This document shows positions 10,843 to 24,998 of a stretch of DNA of 64,000 nucleotides, one piece after another. The first letter of the stretch is position 1. Each line of letters opens with the position of its first letter. Made by a program: the position numbers and the translations under genes. Source of the DNA: Geosiphon pyriformis uo1 (taxonomy: Eukaryota > Fungi > Glomeromycota); assembly GCA_016748015.1 (NCBI GenBank), contig JAAOMT010000129.1, positions 1,159,206-1,223,205 of the forward strand, given 5' to 3'. The notes under the pieces are model-generated. The model worked only from the letters and a program-made list of their open reading frames with translations, made no database searches and was not told where the DNA came from.

Positions 10843-13800
10843 GTTGATTGAAGATACCTCTGTTTTGGGATTGGTGCATTTATTTATATCTGATTTTTGC
10901 TGATCATTTGGGTTGGTATTACCACAACAGGTAACCAATCAGGTCGTTTGTGATATTTCTTAAGTTGTGTACTATGAACAGAATGATTATTAAAGATTGT
11001 TTTGGATTGATTTTGAAGAATATAGAAACCATTGTTCAAAACTTTGTTGACTATAAAAGATCCTTTTTACTGGCTAGAGAATTTATCATCATAGACATTG
11101 TTTCTGTCTGAACGGTATTCTAATATTAGGTCACTAATACTTAAAGAAAGTGTTTTATAGGTTTTTTTTTTCTTAAGCTTTTCTTGGAACTGTTTTATCT
11201 TTTCAAAGACAATTATCCATGTTTCTACCAGTGAGTCAAGAATGGTACCAAGTCTTCTTTGCAAAATGTCTTTATAATTCTTTATTGTGATTTCTTCAAA
11301 GGGTATTGTCTCAATGTCAATTTCTATTGGTAATGTTGCCATTCATCCATAGAGCAGATAAAAAAGTTTATAACTTGTTATGTCATGATTCACAGTTCTA
11401 TAAGCAAACAAAGCTGAAGACAGTACTTTGTCTCATAAGTTTGTTTCTTCACTTGTTTTGGCTAAGGTTTCACATAGTGTTCTATTGAAATGTTCTACTA
11501 GGCCATTTGTTTAGGGATGATAAAGGGAGAAAAGTTTGTGATGTATTCCCATTTTTCTACAAAGTTCTTCAACCAGTGTACTGAGAAAAGCTCTTCCTTT
11601 ATCAGATAAAAGTTCTTTGGGGCAGCCATGGCAACAAATGATATCTTCATAAATAAAATTGGCAATGAAGACTGCTGTTTGATCTGGAGTGGTTTTTGCT
11701 TCTACCCATTTTGTAAGATAGTCAGTAGCTGTGATAATGTATCTATTACCATCAAGAGTTATTGTTAAAGGTCTAACAACATCTATACCAATTTTGTCAA
11801 ATAGTTAACCAACAGAGATTGGATAGATATTTTCTTTGCAGTTGGGTTTTCCTCTTTTTTGGCAGATATCACAGGTTTTGATATACTCAACAATGTCTTT
11901 TCCCAAGGTAGACTAATAATAGTGAGCTAAAGTTTTCTAAATTGTTTTTGTTTTTCCAAAGTGTCCAGCTAATGGATCAGTGTGCATGTTATAGATCACA
12001 ATTTCTCTTTCTTCAAATCTTATGACTCTTTGGGGGTGGTTAGGATCTTTTCTGTTTCTTTTGTATAGTTGGTTCTGGCAGATCAAATAAAAATTTGATT
12101 GTTTGCACAAATGTTTTCTTTGCTGTCAATTGTATTCCAGTGGGTATTGTCTTTTACCCAAAAATTCCATTAATGCAGAGTAGTTATCCAAATCCATAAT
12201 TGTGTTTGGTTGTAAGAGAGTTACTAATAATTAGATTGGTTTGGTTTGAAAGATTGTACTATCACTTGGTGGTAAGTCTAAAAAGAGCATTGGCATTTTA
12301 ATAATTTGCTCCTTTACGATATTGAATGTCATAGTCAAATTCATCCAAGTGGAGTATTCAGCGAATTATTCTTTTGTGTTCCAGTTTCTTTTTGTTGTGC
12401 AGCCAAATCAGAGCTTGGTGATTTGTTACCACCAAGAACTTCACACCAAGAAAATACTTATCCCAATAATTGGTGGCCCAAACTACTGCCAGGAATTCCT
12501 GTTTAGTAACTGAATAATTTTGTTCTGCCAGTATAAGAGTTCTACTAGCATATGCTATTGTATGTTCTCTGCCATCTTCATCTTTTTGTGAGAGGACAGC
12601 ACCAAGTTCATAGCCAGATGCATTAGTATAAAGAATAAAAAGTTGGTCCAGATCAGGTTGCTTGAAAATGGGTTCTGTAACCAATTTTTCTTTGAGAGTT
12701 TCGAATGCTTTCTGCTGATGTGTACTCCAATGGTAATTGACATTTTTCCTGAGTAGCTGATTAAGTGAAGAGATGATTTTGGAGAAATCTTTGACAAATT
12801 TGTGATAATAAAAAGCCAAACCAAGGAAAGAGCATAATTCATGAACATTCATTGGTTGTCTTATGTTCTGGACTTTTTCAACTTTGGCTGGATCAGAGAA
12901 GATTCCATCTTTTGTAATAAGATGTCTAAAAAACTAGGTGGATTGTCATCCAAAAAAAGATTTGATTGGGTTGATTTTGAAACCAGCATTTCTGAGGAGA
13001 TCAAAAACCTTTTGCAAATGTTCAAGATATTCATCCCAGGTTTTTGAGTACATCATTATATTATCTAGATAGACCAGAACAAAGTTTTTTTTTACTGATT
13101 CAAACACTTTGTCCATTAAGCATTAAAAAATAGGAGGAGCATTGGTAAGACCAAAAAGCATGACTGTGAATTTGTAGGTGCCATACTTGGTAATGAAGAC
13201 TGTTTTCTTTCTGCTTTCTGGATCCATCTCTACTTGTCAGAATTCAGCAGTCAAATCAATAGTTGAGAAGAAAGCAGTGTCTTGGAATTTGTCTAGCATG
13301 GCATCAATCTTGGGAAGTGAGTACATGTCTCTTTCAGTGATAGCATTTAATTGGCAGTAGTTAACACAAAAGCCTAGGGTTCCACCTTTCTTGGATACCA
13401 CTACAATAGAAAAAGCCCATTCACTCTTGGTTTTTTGTATGAATCTAAGATCTTTCATTCGTTTTATTTTTTTTTTGATGAATTCATCATTGCAGTGATT
13501 GGACTAATAAGGCTTCAAGTGTATGGGGTGAGTTTCTCTGATGGTAATAGTATGTTGTATTACATAGGTTCATCCAAGGACATTATTTTCTTTTGAAATA
13601 ACTGGACTGTTTCTAGCCAACTGATTTTCAATGTTCACTTTTCTCTTTTCTGGGGAGGATTTTTTTTGTTCTATCACAAGTGATTGGATCTCAGGTGGTT
13701 CATTCTCAAAGGACTTCTGTACTTCTTTTAATTCTTCTCTAGGTATCAAACTAATTGGTTCTCAATCTTTGTAATAGATCAGACAGGATTTGTATTCATC

Positions 13801-14904
13801 ACTGGAAGAATACAAGGGTTTGTTGCACCAGCACCAGGCACAAAGGCCATGTCACTAATAACTGTATTTGGCTTTCTGTCAAAGATATTTCTGAGGATAT
13901 TATAGTAAGACCAACAGATCATCTTGCCATTTACCATAATTTCTTTTTTATTAGCTTTAACATTGTCCAATGGCTTGCCATTGCTGGTGAAGGTGGTATA
14001 GGCAAGTTCAATGATTTCTTCTTGTTCTTCTTGTTCTTCTTCTTCATCACTTTCTTCATCATCTGATTTATCTGATTGTTTTTTTTCTTGATTCTGTTTG
14101 ATTATTGGAGGGATTGTTCAATGGCAACACTTAACCACAATGGGCTTTTGACCACATCTTATGGTTAATTTACACAGCTCATAGTTAAGCAGTGTCTTTG
14201 TTTTCTTGAGCCATTTATTGCCAACAATTATGGTGTATTTCTTGACTTCAGACACTTCCATGTTAATTTCAATGCTAATGCCATTGATTCAGACAGAAAC
14301 AGCTTTGACAATGCCCAATCCTTTCTTCTTGTCACCATGTACATTGGTCATTGGTCAAGTGAAGGGCTCATCAATCTTTCTGCCAATTGCTTCAAGAAAG
14401 TGTTTGGCAATAACACTAACAGATGATCCACTATCTAGGATCAAATCAATAAAGTAACCAGCCACTTGGGCTTTGCAAATTAGTGAAGTGACATTGCTGT
14501 TGTCAGCAAGTCTAGCTTGTCGAGAGCATTTGTTGGTTTTTGGTGTTTTCTTCTTTGGGATTAAAGATTTGCAAAGATCTTTTCTGAACTATGGATGGGT
14601 CATTAACTGGCCAAAGATAATATGTGCTGGTGTTTTCATAAGATCTTTAACAACAGAATAGGGTCCAGATTTTTGTACAATTTTTGGAAGTTCCAACTTT
14701 GAAGGATTCTTAAAAACTTTAGCCTTTGGTGGTTCATTGTTATTGGCAGTGGAAGTTGAGGCTTTGTTGGGATCTAAAACGAAATCAACTTTGGTTTTTT
14801 TCTTCTTTCTGGTTGATTCAGAAGTGTTAATTGCTAGTTCATTTATGTCATAGTCATTATTAGTTAAGTTAAAAGCATAAAAAAGGTTTTCTTCTAATTG
14901 GCTT

Positions 14905-14942
14905 GCACTCTCACCTTTTTGAGGTGCGCCTACTAGTTTAAA
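14905..14942 (-). promoter_or_regulatory. -1 programmed ribosomal frameshift signal (gag/pol)
   Basis: In-frame T TTA AAC heptamer just before the gag TAG TAG, a 6-nt spacer, then GC-rich stem GCGCACCTCAAAAAGGTGAGAGTGC; the -1 frame runs into the protease. Confidence 0.8.
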
Positions 14943-16512
14943 AGCTGATAAATTGTGGCTTCAACTAGAGGATCCTCTCCAAAGAAATTAATGTTTGCAT
15001 AATTGGGTCTTTGATTGGAGGCATTGTTATTGTTAGTTCTGTTGTTCTGGTTGTCATTGTTTCTAGGGGCTGGAGAAGGCAAAAAAGAATTGTTACAATC
15101 TCTTGAGAAATGTTCAGTTAATCCACAGTGATAACATACAGATGAACCACGATTTTGCTGTCTTTGATATGGTGGTTGTTGGGGCTGATTGAAGCGTGGC
15201 TCATATCTGGATCTTTGGGGCTGTTGGTTTTCTCTGACTGTTTGAGCCAAAGGTTTCAGTAACCAGACAAGATTAGCTGTGAGTCTATCTATTAATTGTT
15301 CATTGGAATCTTGTGTTTAAACAGCAAAAGAAGCAGCAGCTATTTGGGAAGCAGAAGTCATAACAGATGCAGGAGCAAAAACTGGAAGTGTGGATCCCAA
15401 ATGCATTCTTTGGTTGTCTTCAATTTGTTGAACAAGTTCAATGGTCATGTCTATTATAAGATTGTCTTTCAGGGCTAAGAGAGGCCAAAGAGCATAAAAT
15501 AAGTTAGTTCTTAATCTTTTTGTAAAAGAATGAATCTTTTGCTCTTCTGTCCAAGTTTTTTTAGAGCCTACACATTTGATTAACTTTCTGATTGCTTTGG
15601 CATATTCAGTTACTACTTCTCTTGGGTCTTGGATTCTTCTTTCTAATTCTATGCACTATTTTAATATTAAGATGGGAGTTCTGAATTTGGTTTCAAATCG
15701 GGTGGTAAAAGATATGTTTTTTTTTCCAGCATTTGTTGGTGTCTATCTAATGATTCTTTGGTGAGCACCAGGATCAGTTTCTTGTGAAAACTATGTTGCA
15801 AAAGAGCCTTAAAGATAGCCACCAATGATTTGGAATTTGTATCCATTGTTATATTGGTTGGCAGTAGTTGCTGTTTCAAAATCATCCAACCATTCAATTG
15901 GATCTTGTGTATTACTTCTGAATAGTGGTAATGAGGTGTTGTTTTTTTGCTCCAAAGCAGTTTGTATGCCTTGAAGAGCAGCCAGAATGTTTGCTTGCAT
16001 TGGGTCATTAGCCATTGGTTCAGGAGTAACTGTTTGTGTGGAGTGTTTTAATTCACTTGTAAAAGAATCAAAAACAGGAGCAGTTTGATAACTTTTTTCT
16101 TCTGTTTTAAGAGGATTTTCAGCTAGCTGGTGGGCAGCAATCCAAAGGTGAATTTGATGATTCAGATATTCGAAATTAAGAGGCTGTTGTTTAAAGATTG
16201 TGCAGTATAACAGTTGATTGATGCTGTTATTTTTTTTTTCAAAGTTGTCTTCAAAATAAGCTTGATCAAAGTAATAAGTTGTATAAGCTGTATAGGTTTC
16301 AGCTGAATGTTCGTTTAGGAACCAGTTCCAAAAGTCTTGGAATTGTCTGCTAGATTGTTCTTCAATGGGGAAGCAAATCAAGCAGGAAGGCAAAGAATTG
16401 AGTTCAATAAAGTCTAGATTGTTTTTGTTGTGTGCTTCAAAGTGTTCTTCTGATTGTTGTGGCAGATATAAATAATTACTTATACAATAAGAAACAAAGT
16501 GGATTTTGACAA

Positions 16513-16529
16513 CCTCACAGGAAGCACCA
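16513..16529 (-). promoter_or_regulatory. primer-binding site, probably elongator tRNA-Met
   Basis: TGGTGCTTCCTGTGAGG 6 nt after the 5' LTR; its complement CCTCACAGGAAGCA-CCA resembles the elongator Met 3' end. Confidence 0.7.
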
Positions 16530-19500
16530 CTTTTATGTTACAGGTTGGAGTAATAAGCTAATGGATAGCAAAAGAGAACAGGATTATAGGGTGATAGAAA
16601 TAATCAAAGGGAATTCGACTTCAAAGAGCAAATTGAATAAATATGGATTCAATGTGTGAAATCAGTCTCATAAAATATTTCAGTCACTATTTTTTTCAAA
16701 GATAACTGGGGAATCTGAAGATAGAGGGATAGTTCATATTGTTAACAAATAATCACACTTGGTATAATTCTATGCTTCACATTGGTGCTCTTAGAATTCA
16801 ATATCAAGTATCAGATGTGCTCTTCAGTCATGTTTTATACAATAATCTTTAAATGCTACAATTATATATGTTAGAAAAAGGCCAACAAGTAATTTTTTAT
16901 CTTTAAGATGTTCAGATACTTGAAGGTAGAGAAAGGGAAATTAGTGATAAAAGAATGTTTTGAGATGGAAGTTGTTATTTTATTTTTTTGATTGTCTTAA
17001 TTCCTTACATGATACTTTTCTACAGCTAAGAGACTCATCACTTATATAACTATTGAAAGTGGTCAATAATCACTATCTAAAAATAGGGTGGCTAATTATA
17101 TAACATCAGTGGCTAATACATGTGATAACTAATAAAAACTATGAGTTTCAACTATAACACTACCATAAACAAGTTTAAATAGTATTGCTTGTGTGATATT
17201 TTGTTTTATTGTTCAATAAGCAAATAATACTAATGATATAAACAAATCCCATTCATCTTAGTTTTTTTGACTGATTTTGGCAATTGCTTCATACAGTGTT
17301 TTGTTGAACTTTTTAACTAAACTATTTGTTTATGAATAATATAGTAATAATAATAGTCTTTTGATTCCAAATCTTTGACTTAATTCTGTCAATGTTCTGT
17401 TTACAAAGTGGGTTCCTTAATTTGATAACAATTTTTTTAGATATTTATGTTGACAAATCAAATTTTGATAAACAAATTCAGCTACAAATTCTATATCTGC
17501 TTTTTGAATTGCTTTTGCCTTTGGCCATTTTGTAAGATAATCTATAACAACTGCTATATAATAATTGTCTCTGTTGGTTATTATTAATAGTTATATTAAG
17601 TCAATTTCAATTTTATCAAATGGTTGTTTTATTCTAATTAGTTATAATAGTTTACTGGATCTTATTCCTCTTTTTTTTTGATAAGCATCACAATTTTGAA
17701 TATATTGAATAATGTTTGAATACATTAATGACCAATAATATCTTTTTCTGATTTTTTCTATAGTTGTTTCTTTATGAAAATGTTCTGCTGTTAAATCTAA
17801 GTACATGTTGTATAATATTGTTTTTTTCTAGTTCTGTGATTACTTTGAGTAGTTAATTTGGATTTTCTCTGTTTTTTTTATATAATATATTTTAGTGGAT
17901 AATAAAATACTTTGATTGTTGTTTTATGTTGTTTCATTCTTTTTGAGATAATTTTTTTTTGAACTGCCAAGTATTAATATAGTGCTAGAATTGTTAATAT
18001 TTTTGTGAATTTATTTTTTGTTATATTTTTTGAGTTAAAATGTTCTTAGATTTGTTTTATTTATAACAAGCTATTGGCATTTCTATTTTTTTTTCTTTTT
18101 TTATAATGTATTATATATTTAAATGATAAAAGTTCTATTTTTCATTTGACATGACAGTTATCTCCAAATTTTTGTTTCTAGATTAATGTCAATTTTTTGT
18201 GGTCTGTGTATATTTCAAACTTCTGGCTTAAATATTTTTTCTATTTAATGACTGCCTAATAGATAGCTAAGTGTTCTAGTACTAGTGTTCCATAGTTTTT
18301 TTCTATTGAATTCAAGCTTTGGCTGGCATATACTACTAGATATTCTCATTTATCTAGTCTTTTCTGAGATAATACGGCTTCTAATGCTTGACCAAATGCA
18401 TTGGTAATAATGATGAATGATTTGTTGTAATCTGAATAGATCAATACTAGTGCTTAAATAAGCTTTCTTCTTAAAATGTCAAAAGCTTCTTGCTAAGTTT
18501 TAGTTTATTCATATTTCATGTTTTTAGTTTAAAGTTGATGGAATAGTTAAGCCAGTTTAGAGAAGTTTTGGATAAAATGACAATAGTATCCAGCAAATCC
18601 CAAGAATGCTTTTAATTCTGTAAGATTTGTTAATACTGGAAAGTTATTGACAATTTCAATCTTGTTTGGATCTGTTTTGATCCTATTTTTGCTTATAACA
18701 TGCCCCAAGAATTTCAGTTCTGTTTTGCCAAAGTAATATTTGTTTGTATTTAGTTTCAATTCAGCTTTTTTAAGTCTTTTGAACACTTGCTGTAGATAAT
18801 AAAGATGATCATCAAATGTTTTTAAGAATATATTGGTGTTATTTAAATAAACAACTACTGATTTCCATAACAATTCAGTATAAATAATTTTTATAAGTCA
18901 TTGAAAAGTAGTTGGAGTATTGGTTAAGCCAAATGGCATTACTTCAAATTCAAAATTCCTTTTTTTTGTAGTAAACGTGGTTTTTTTTGTCTTCCAGTTT
19001 TATAGTTACTTGCCAATACCTACTGTTTAGGTCTAATATTAAAAACTATTTCTTTCCTCTAAAAGCATCAAATAATTCTTGAATCTGTGAAGTTGGATAG
19101 CTGTCTTTACAAATAATACTGTTGAGCTTTTTGTAATCCACACAAAAGCAGATTTTCCCATTCTTCTTGTGAACTAGTACTACTGGTAATAATTATGGAC
19201 TTATTGATGGTTAAATTAACTTATTGTCTAACATCTGATTGATTTTCTGTTAGATGATTTTATGACTTGTTGGTAGTACTCTGTATGCTCTTTGTTTAAT
19301 TGGCATTGTATTTCCAGTCTTAATCTAATGCTAAATGATGTTAGCTCTCCCAAATTCATTTTCGCTAACAAAGATATTAGTGAAATTTTTAAGCAACATT
19401 TTGAGTTACATACATTGAAGTAAGTCTAAGTTTCTCAAGTTTATTTGTTTTAATTGTTTTAATTAAAACAAATAGCATTTTTTTTATCTATATATTGTTT

Positions 19501-22500
19501 GTAATATAATATTCACATATTTACATAGTTGTGGAAAATCTGGAATAGTGCTTAGTAATTGGTTTTCAACTTTAGTACTTAAGTATCCAATGATAATTTT
19601 TTTTGGTATTTCAATAAGATCTTCAGTTGTATTGTGGATAAAAATTTTGATGTGTTTGTAACTTTTAGCTAGTATATAAAGATTAGTAATAGCAATTTTT
19701 TTTGATTCACAAATAGTGGTTTTTGCTTCAAAAATTTGAGATTGATCTTTTACTTTCCTTTCTATAACTATTAAATACTGGTCATATAATGAAATAGAAA
19801 TTGATTGATAAGTAGAAATAATTTTTCTTTTGTTAATAACTTCTTCCTCTGCCATATTAACTGGTATATCTATCCTACCTGTAGATCTAAATCCATTTTT
19901 CTCTCTGACTGTAATCCCTAATTCTTCCCTTGTTCCTACTGACACAAACTGAGCTATTTTTACCAAAGATAGGAATATTGCTTGTGTTATTTTTTTATTT
20001 GGTTCAATAACATATTTTTTTTCCAAGTCATTTTGTAATATTGTAATAATATTTTCTACATATTCTGCATCAATTATTCCTCCTCTTATATTAATTCTTT
20101 TTTTTGCTAAACTATTCTTAAATATTAGCTAAACCATAGTTGTTGTTAGAATTTTTAGTGCTATTTTCAGATTAATGCAGATATGCAAATAGGGTTCCAA
20201 TTTGATGGCATCTTTTTCTAAATATCTTAGATCAAACTTTGTATCAGTATTATGCACACATTCTGACATAATACTTTTATTATTATTGCTAAACTATTTA
20301 AGTTCTTGCTCTTTTAAAAGATCTAAGAATGTGATATATTGTTTTGAGTTTGAATTGAAGTTTGTATTAATGTTGTTGTTATTGCTATTTTGAATGGAGC
20401 TGGAACTGTTGTTGTTATTATTGTTGTCAGAATTTGAATTAGGATTAAATAGTAATTCTGATTCTGTTTCACAGCTGTTGATTAATTCTTCTTTTTCAGA
20501 GATCATGTAGATTATGCATGATGATGAATTGTAAATGTAGGCACACTCATTACAATATTTAAAGTTACAGAAAATTAAACAGTGTTAACATAGTCAAATG
20601 TTCAGCTGCTTTAACCACTATTTTTGTTCTTTTTTGGTTGATACCAGATTTTGATAGTGTTTATGGAATTTTTCTGAACTAGCTTTAATATTAAGAAAAG
20701 TATCAGGGTTGAAAATCAAGAAAGTTTCTACTGGTTCTGGTAAGTTATTCTTAACTTCTAATATTTTACTGGATAAAGCACCTTTGATTTTAACATTTGC
20801 AATTCTTCAGATTTTGTTTTCATCATGTAAATAGCCATCTAAATATAACAAAGCATAGTTCTATGCAGTATCAAAAGGCATTCTTCTGCTAATTCAATTA
20901 CTTATGAGGATTGTATATTGGCATGAGACATTGCACATTCCTTCTTAACCAAGAATGTTATTCTACATTCTTTTATTAAATAACTGTTCTCCACAAATAA
21001 GACATGGTTCATTGTTCCACTTATTTTGTTGTTTGAGATACTCATAGCATTTTCTGTAGCATAATTTACAGTAGTAATATATGCATATTCAGTAGTCTTT
21101 ATTAGATGTGATCTATGTTCTCATGGAGGACAACTTTTTCTTACAGTCCTTACATTTTAATGGAATGTATAGTGGTTCTTTCTTTATATCTTCTGAGTAT
21201 AATTTTTTCCAGCCACTAGTAATTTTACTGGTAATAGTATTTTCTTGTGGCTTGTCTTCTTTTTTCCTTTTTCTTTTGTCATTCCAAGATAGTATTGGTG
21301 GCAATTTGTTGTAGTTGGTGTTAGCCCACAAAACTTAATAGGCTTTTCAGATAGATTTCTCCTCTTTTTCTTCAAATTTTATTAAAAGTGCTGGTATAAT
21401 AGTGGCTTTAAAGTAACTGCAGATTGCTGGTACTTGAATGTACTGCCCATTCTGACTCAGCTGGAGTTTTTGTGTGGTCCAATTAAGTACAGTATTTGTT
21501 TTGGCTAGCCAATTATTGCCAACTAGTGCTTGGTACTGAATGGCTTCTATTACAAACATCTTGATAGATATAATAATGCCATTGACTTTAAAAGAAAAGT
21601 TATCAATTTTGCCAATAGGAGTTTTAGTTACTTTATTAGCTGTAATAATCTTGGCACTAGCAGTATAATCAACTTGGCAATCTAATTGGTTCATAAGTTG
21701 TTATGTGATAATGCTGCTGGCTGATCCACTATCTAGGATCAGTTTAATGGGCTGATCATTAACTTTGGCATCTGTATACATTGCAGTAATGAGTTTTGAG
21801 TCCAAGATAGCTCTACTAAATAGTAGTGTTTTGACTGGTTTCTCTAGTTCAAAAAAAAAGATGGCAATAAGTAATTCATTTTTAGTAATAGTTATTGGAA
21901 GTATGTTGTTAGTGCATAATTGGGTTTAATTGGATTCCTGTTTGCTAAGTTTGGTATCTTTTGGGATAACCAAAAGACTTAAATAGTTCTAAGAAGTTGA
22001 GTTTTGGTTGTACCCAGTTTTCAAACTTCATTAACTAGATTCTGATAGCTGACTTGATAAACTGGAAATCAGTTGGTACATTACTATTGCTAATCTCCAG
22101 TTTTAATGTGTATATATGATTCTTAGCCTTTGATTTCTGGATAACATCTGAGCTAGATTTTGTGGCAGTATTGAAATAGATTGGAATTAATAAATTACTG
22201 GTGGCTGTGGTTAATAAATGATTAAGACTGGAGTTTGATAGATTGAAGGTATATATATTGGTTGTTGTGTTATTTATAGATAATAGAGTTGATATTAATT
22301 TGGTGAATAATTTAGAGTTTAAACTAGTGATCAGAGTTTTAATATTGATTTCCCAATTATTGGTAAGTTAATCTTAATCAGCAGTCTATTTTTATATGTT
22401 CATATTTACCATAATAGTAGTAAACATATGTTTCTTGTTATTACTGTTGATTTAATAAAAATAGATGTGACTAATTTTGGGATTGATTAAAGCTTTCTTG

Positions 22501-24107
22501 ATTATTGTACTATTATAGAGATTAATAAATGGCCTGATTATTAATTAAGTATCTTTCCAATTTTTGATTAATTGAATTATTGAATTGTTTCAATTTCAAG
22601 TCTAAGTCAGATGATCCATTTATTACTAGATTTATGGCTTGGACATAATTAGCTTTAAGTTTAGCTGATTCAAAATCTCTGGTATGAGTAACAGCATTCT
22701 GGAGTGTTTATGAATGCATTGGACATATACATTGTAGAAGACTACTGCACAGGCCATAAATAAATTGATTCAAGATTTGTGGTACAGTAAAGTAGTTTGT
22801 ATCAATTGTTTGTATTTGGTATAAACTTCTATGAAAACATCCTAAGTAAGTAATGACTATTTCAGTTTCTTCTTGTTTAATAGTTGTAAAAGTATTGGCT
22901 AAATGATTAATGCTATTATTATTATTATTAAAATATCTCAAAAATTCAATTTTAAATGTATTAAAATCTTGGAGTTTTTGAATCAGGCTTTAATACCATA
23001 AATTGGTAGTATCCTAAAGAAAATATGGGATTGCCTATAATGTTTTAGTGTTATCCTATTCATTAATTTTGATGGCTTTTTCTATGTCATTAAGTTATAC
23101 TTGCACATTATCCTTTTTGCCAGTAAATTTCTTGAGTTTTACAATTGGTGTATATATTATTAGTGCTAAAGATAGTTGTTGTTGTAGTTGTGATTGCTGT
23201 TGAAGTTGTTTAGCAATTGGTGCAATTGGTAGTGGATTTATTATGATTACTGGAGATAAGTTTTAGTAAACAATAGGGGCAGTGTTTGAATTGTTCAGAT
23301 TTTGCTGAGTTGAAACAATCAGAGTTTGAATTTTCAGGTTTTTTGGAATTGGGTTTTTGGTAATTAAATTTCTGATTTTTGTCTTTTTTTTTTCTGATTC
23401 CATTATTTTCCAAGAACTAGTGATTCCGAAATTTGGTTGGAATGGCAGTAATTGAAATTCTGATAGTATTGGTAATCATGATTTAAATTCCTTAAAATAA
23501 TTGTTATAGGTTCTTAATAACTCTGTTTTTTTCTGTTTACTTTGGAACAGGAATTAGTTTAATAGAATTGTTGTGTTTGCTGTGGACATGTCTGTTAATG
23601 TTATATTAATAGTACTCTCAGGTATGTGATGATAGAATGGATTAACTGGTGAATTAATTCTTTGTTTCTTTAACATAAATAATTGTATTTGCTTTGGAAT
23701 TCCTGTTGGTGTTTGTAGTTTTCTTTTACCCTTTTCTGCATAAGTAATAGGAAATATTTGTTGGATGTAATTTTCAATTTCTCTGTTGATTTTAGTAATG
23801 ATTGGTGTGAAGTTATAATCCAATGGTAAGCTAATATATTAAATTAATTTACTATAGAAATTTCCTTTTGCTGATTTTGTGTTTACTGGTTCTCCTAAAA
23901 AATATTTAATTCTTTTATTAACATAAAAGTTGAAGATGAATTCTGCTAATAGTTGGTTGTTGGTTAATTTCAAGTATTTACAGTAGTATTGAAATAAAAA
24001 TTTAGTGAATCCTAGATAGTTTGCTCCTCTTGTTTCTGATTTTGCCACTTTTAAATAGTTGTTAGTACTGGTTTTCTGTAGAATTATACCTTATAGAAAG
24101 CACTAAA

Positions 24108-24998
24108 TATTACAAATAATTATTTGAGATCTGACAACAAATAACAAACCTGTAACTTAGTGTTCAATTAGTACAATGGTGTTGGTATCTGAAAGTTTGC
24201 ATGATCTGAAGATTTTGATTTAAGTTCTTTGTATAATGAACAGAGATTCAAGTGTTGTTTTCTCCATAGCTTTTTGGAATTGCAATTCTATTGAATTTCA
24301 TTCTCAGTGTAGTGGTTGGTAATTCTTTTGGTAAGCTATCCTCAATGATAAGTGTTCTACTCTTATTCCTGGGTTTTTTACCAAACTCTTTGACATTAAT
24401 AACTTTATACATTAATCTTTAATTACTTAGTAAGTAATAAACAAAACAAAAGAGAGAAAAAAAATAAAGAAAATAAGTCAAGGCAAGAAAAAGTTAATAT
24501 TCTATTAATAGCCATAATTAAGAGCTATTGGTCCAATGTAGTTAAGTATTAGCAACTATTAACATGAGTTGTTGATAGTAGGAAGATATATTGTAATGTT
24601 TTAATAAGTATTTTATTAATATTTGATGTTTCCACTTCATATTATAGAATACTATTATATAAAAAGATAGATAAGAAATTGGAACTAAAAGTTCTAAAAC
24701 TAAGAATTCTGTTTTTTTTGCTTTTAATACTACTGCTATATATACATAAATTTTGTTATATAAGATTCTTTAAATTTCTCAATTTTTTAGCCAGCAATCT
24801 TGGAATTTTTGGAATTCTGTAATTTCTCAAGAAGAATTTTGAAATTCTGAAATTTTGCAATTTTTTATACTGGAATTCTGTAATTCTAGAATCCTGTAAT
24901 TTTTCTGAAAGGAATCCTAAAATTCCACTTTTACTACATCTTATTTTGATTGGCTAATTTGTGTACTAATATATAGTTCCTATATTCTATAAGTAATA
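24108..24998 (-). repeat. 5' LTR of element B
   Basis: Followed by a decayed PBS (TTTAGTGCTTTCTATAAGG) and gag. Confidence 0.9.

Larger units (their letters stand above)
9557..17159 (-). mobile_element. Gypsy element C (family 2), full length, no dUTPase
   Basis: LTRs 9557-10216 and 16536-17159; perfect TSD CTAC; PBS 16513-16529; PPT 10217-10230; gag knuckle CYHCGLTEHFSRDC; PR LILDSGS; RT, RH and INT motifs. Removing it restores host KLVYGRTTTL. Confidence 0.97.
6418..24998 (-). mobile_element. Gypsy element B (family 1), full length: gag-PR-Cys module-dUTPase-RT-RH-INT-ORF3
   Basis: LTRs 6418-7309 and 24108-24998; decayed PBS 24089-24107; PR LILDSGS ~21722-21745; flanks ACAA/ATGA. Confidence 0.93.

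Noticed and set aside
10276-10938. env gene
   Set aside because: No signal peptide, TM helix or furin site; the first 32 codons of the called ORF precede the ATG and partly overlap the integrase tail
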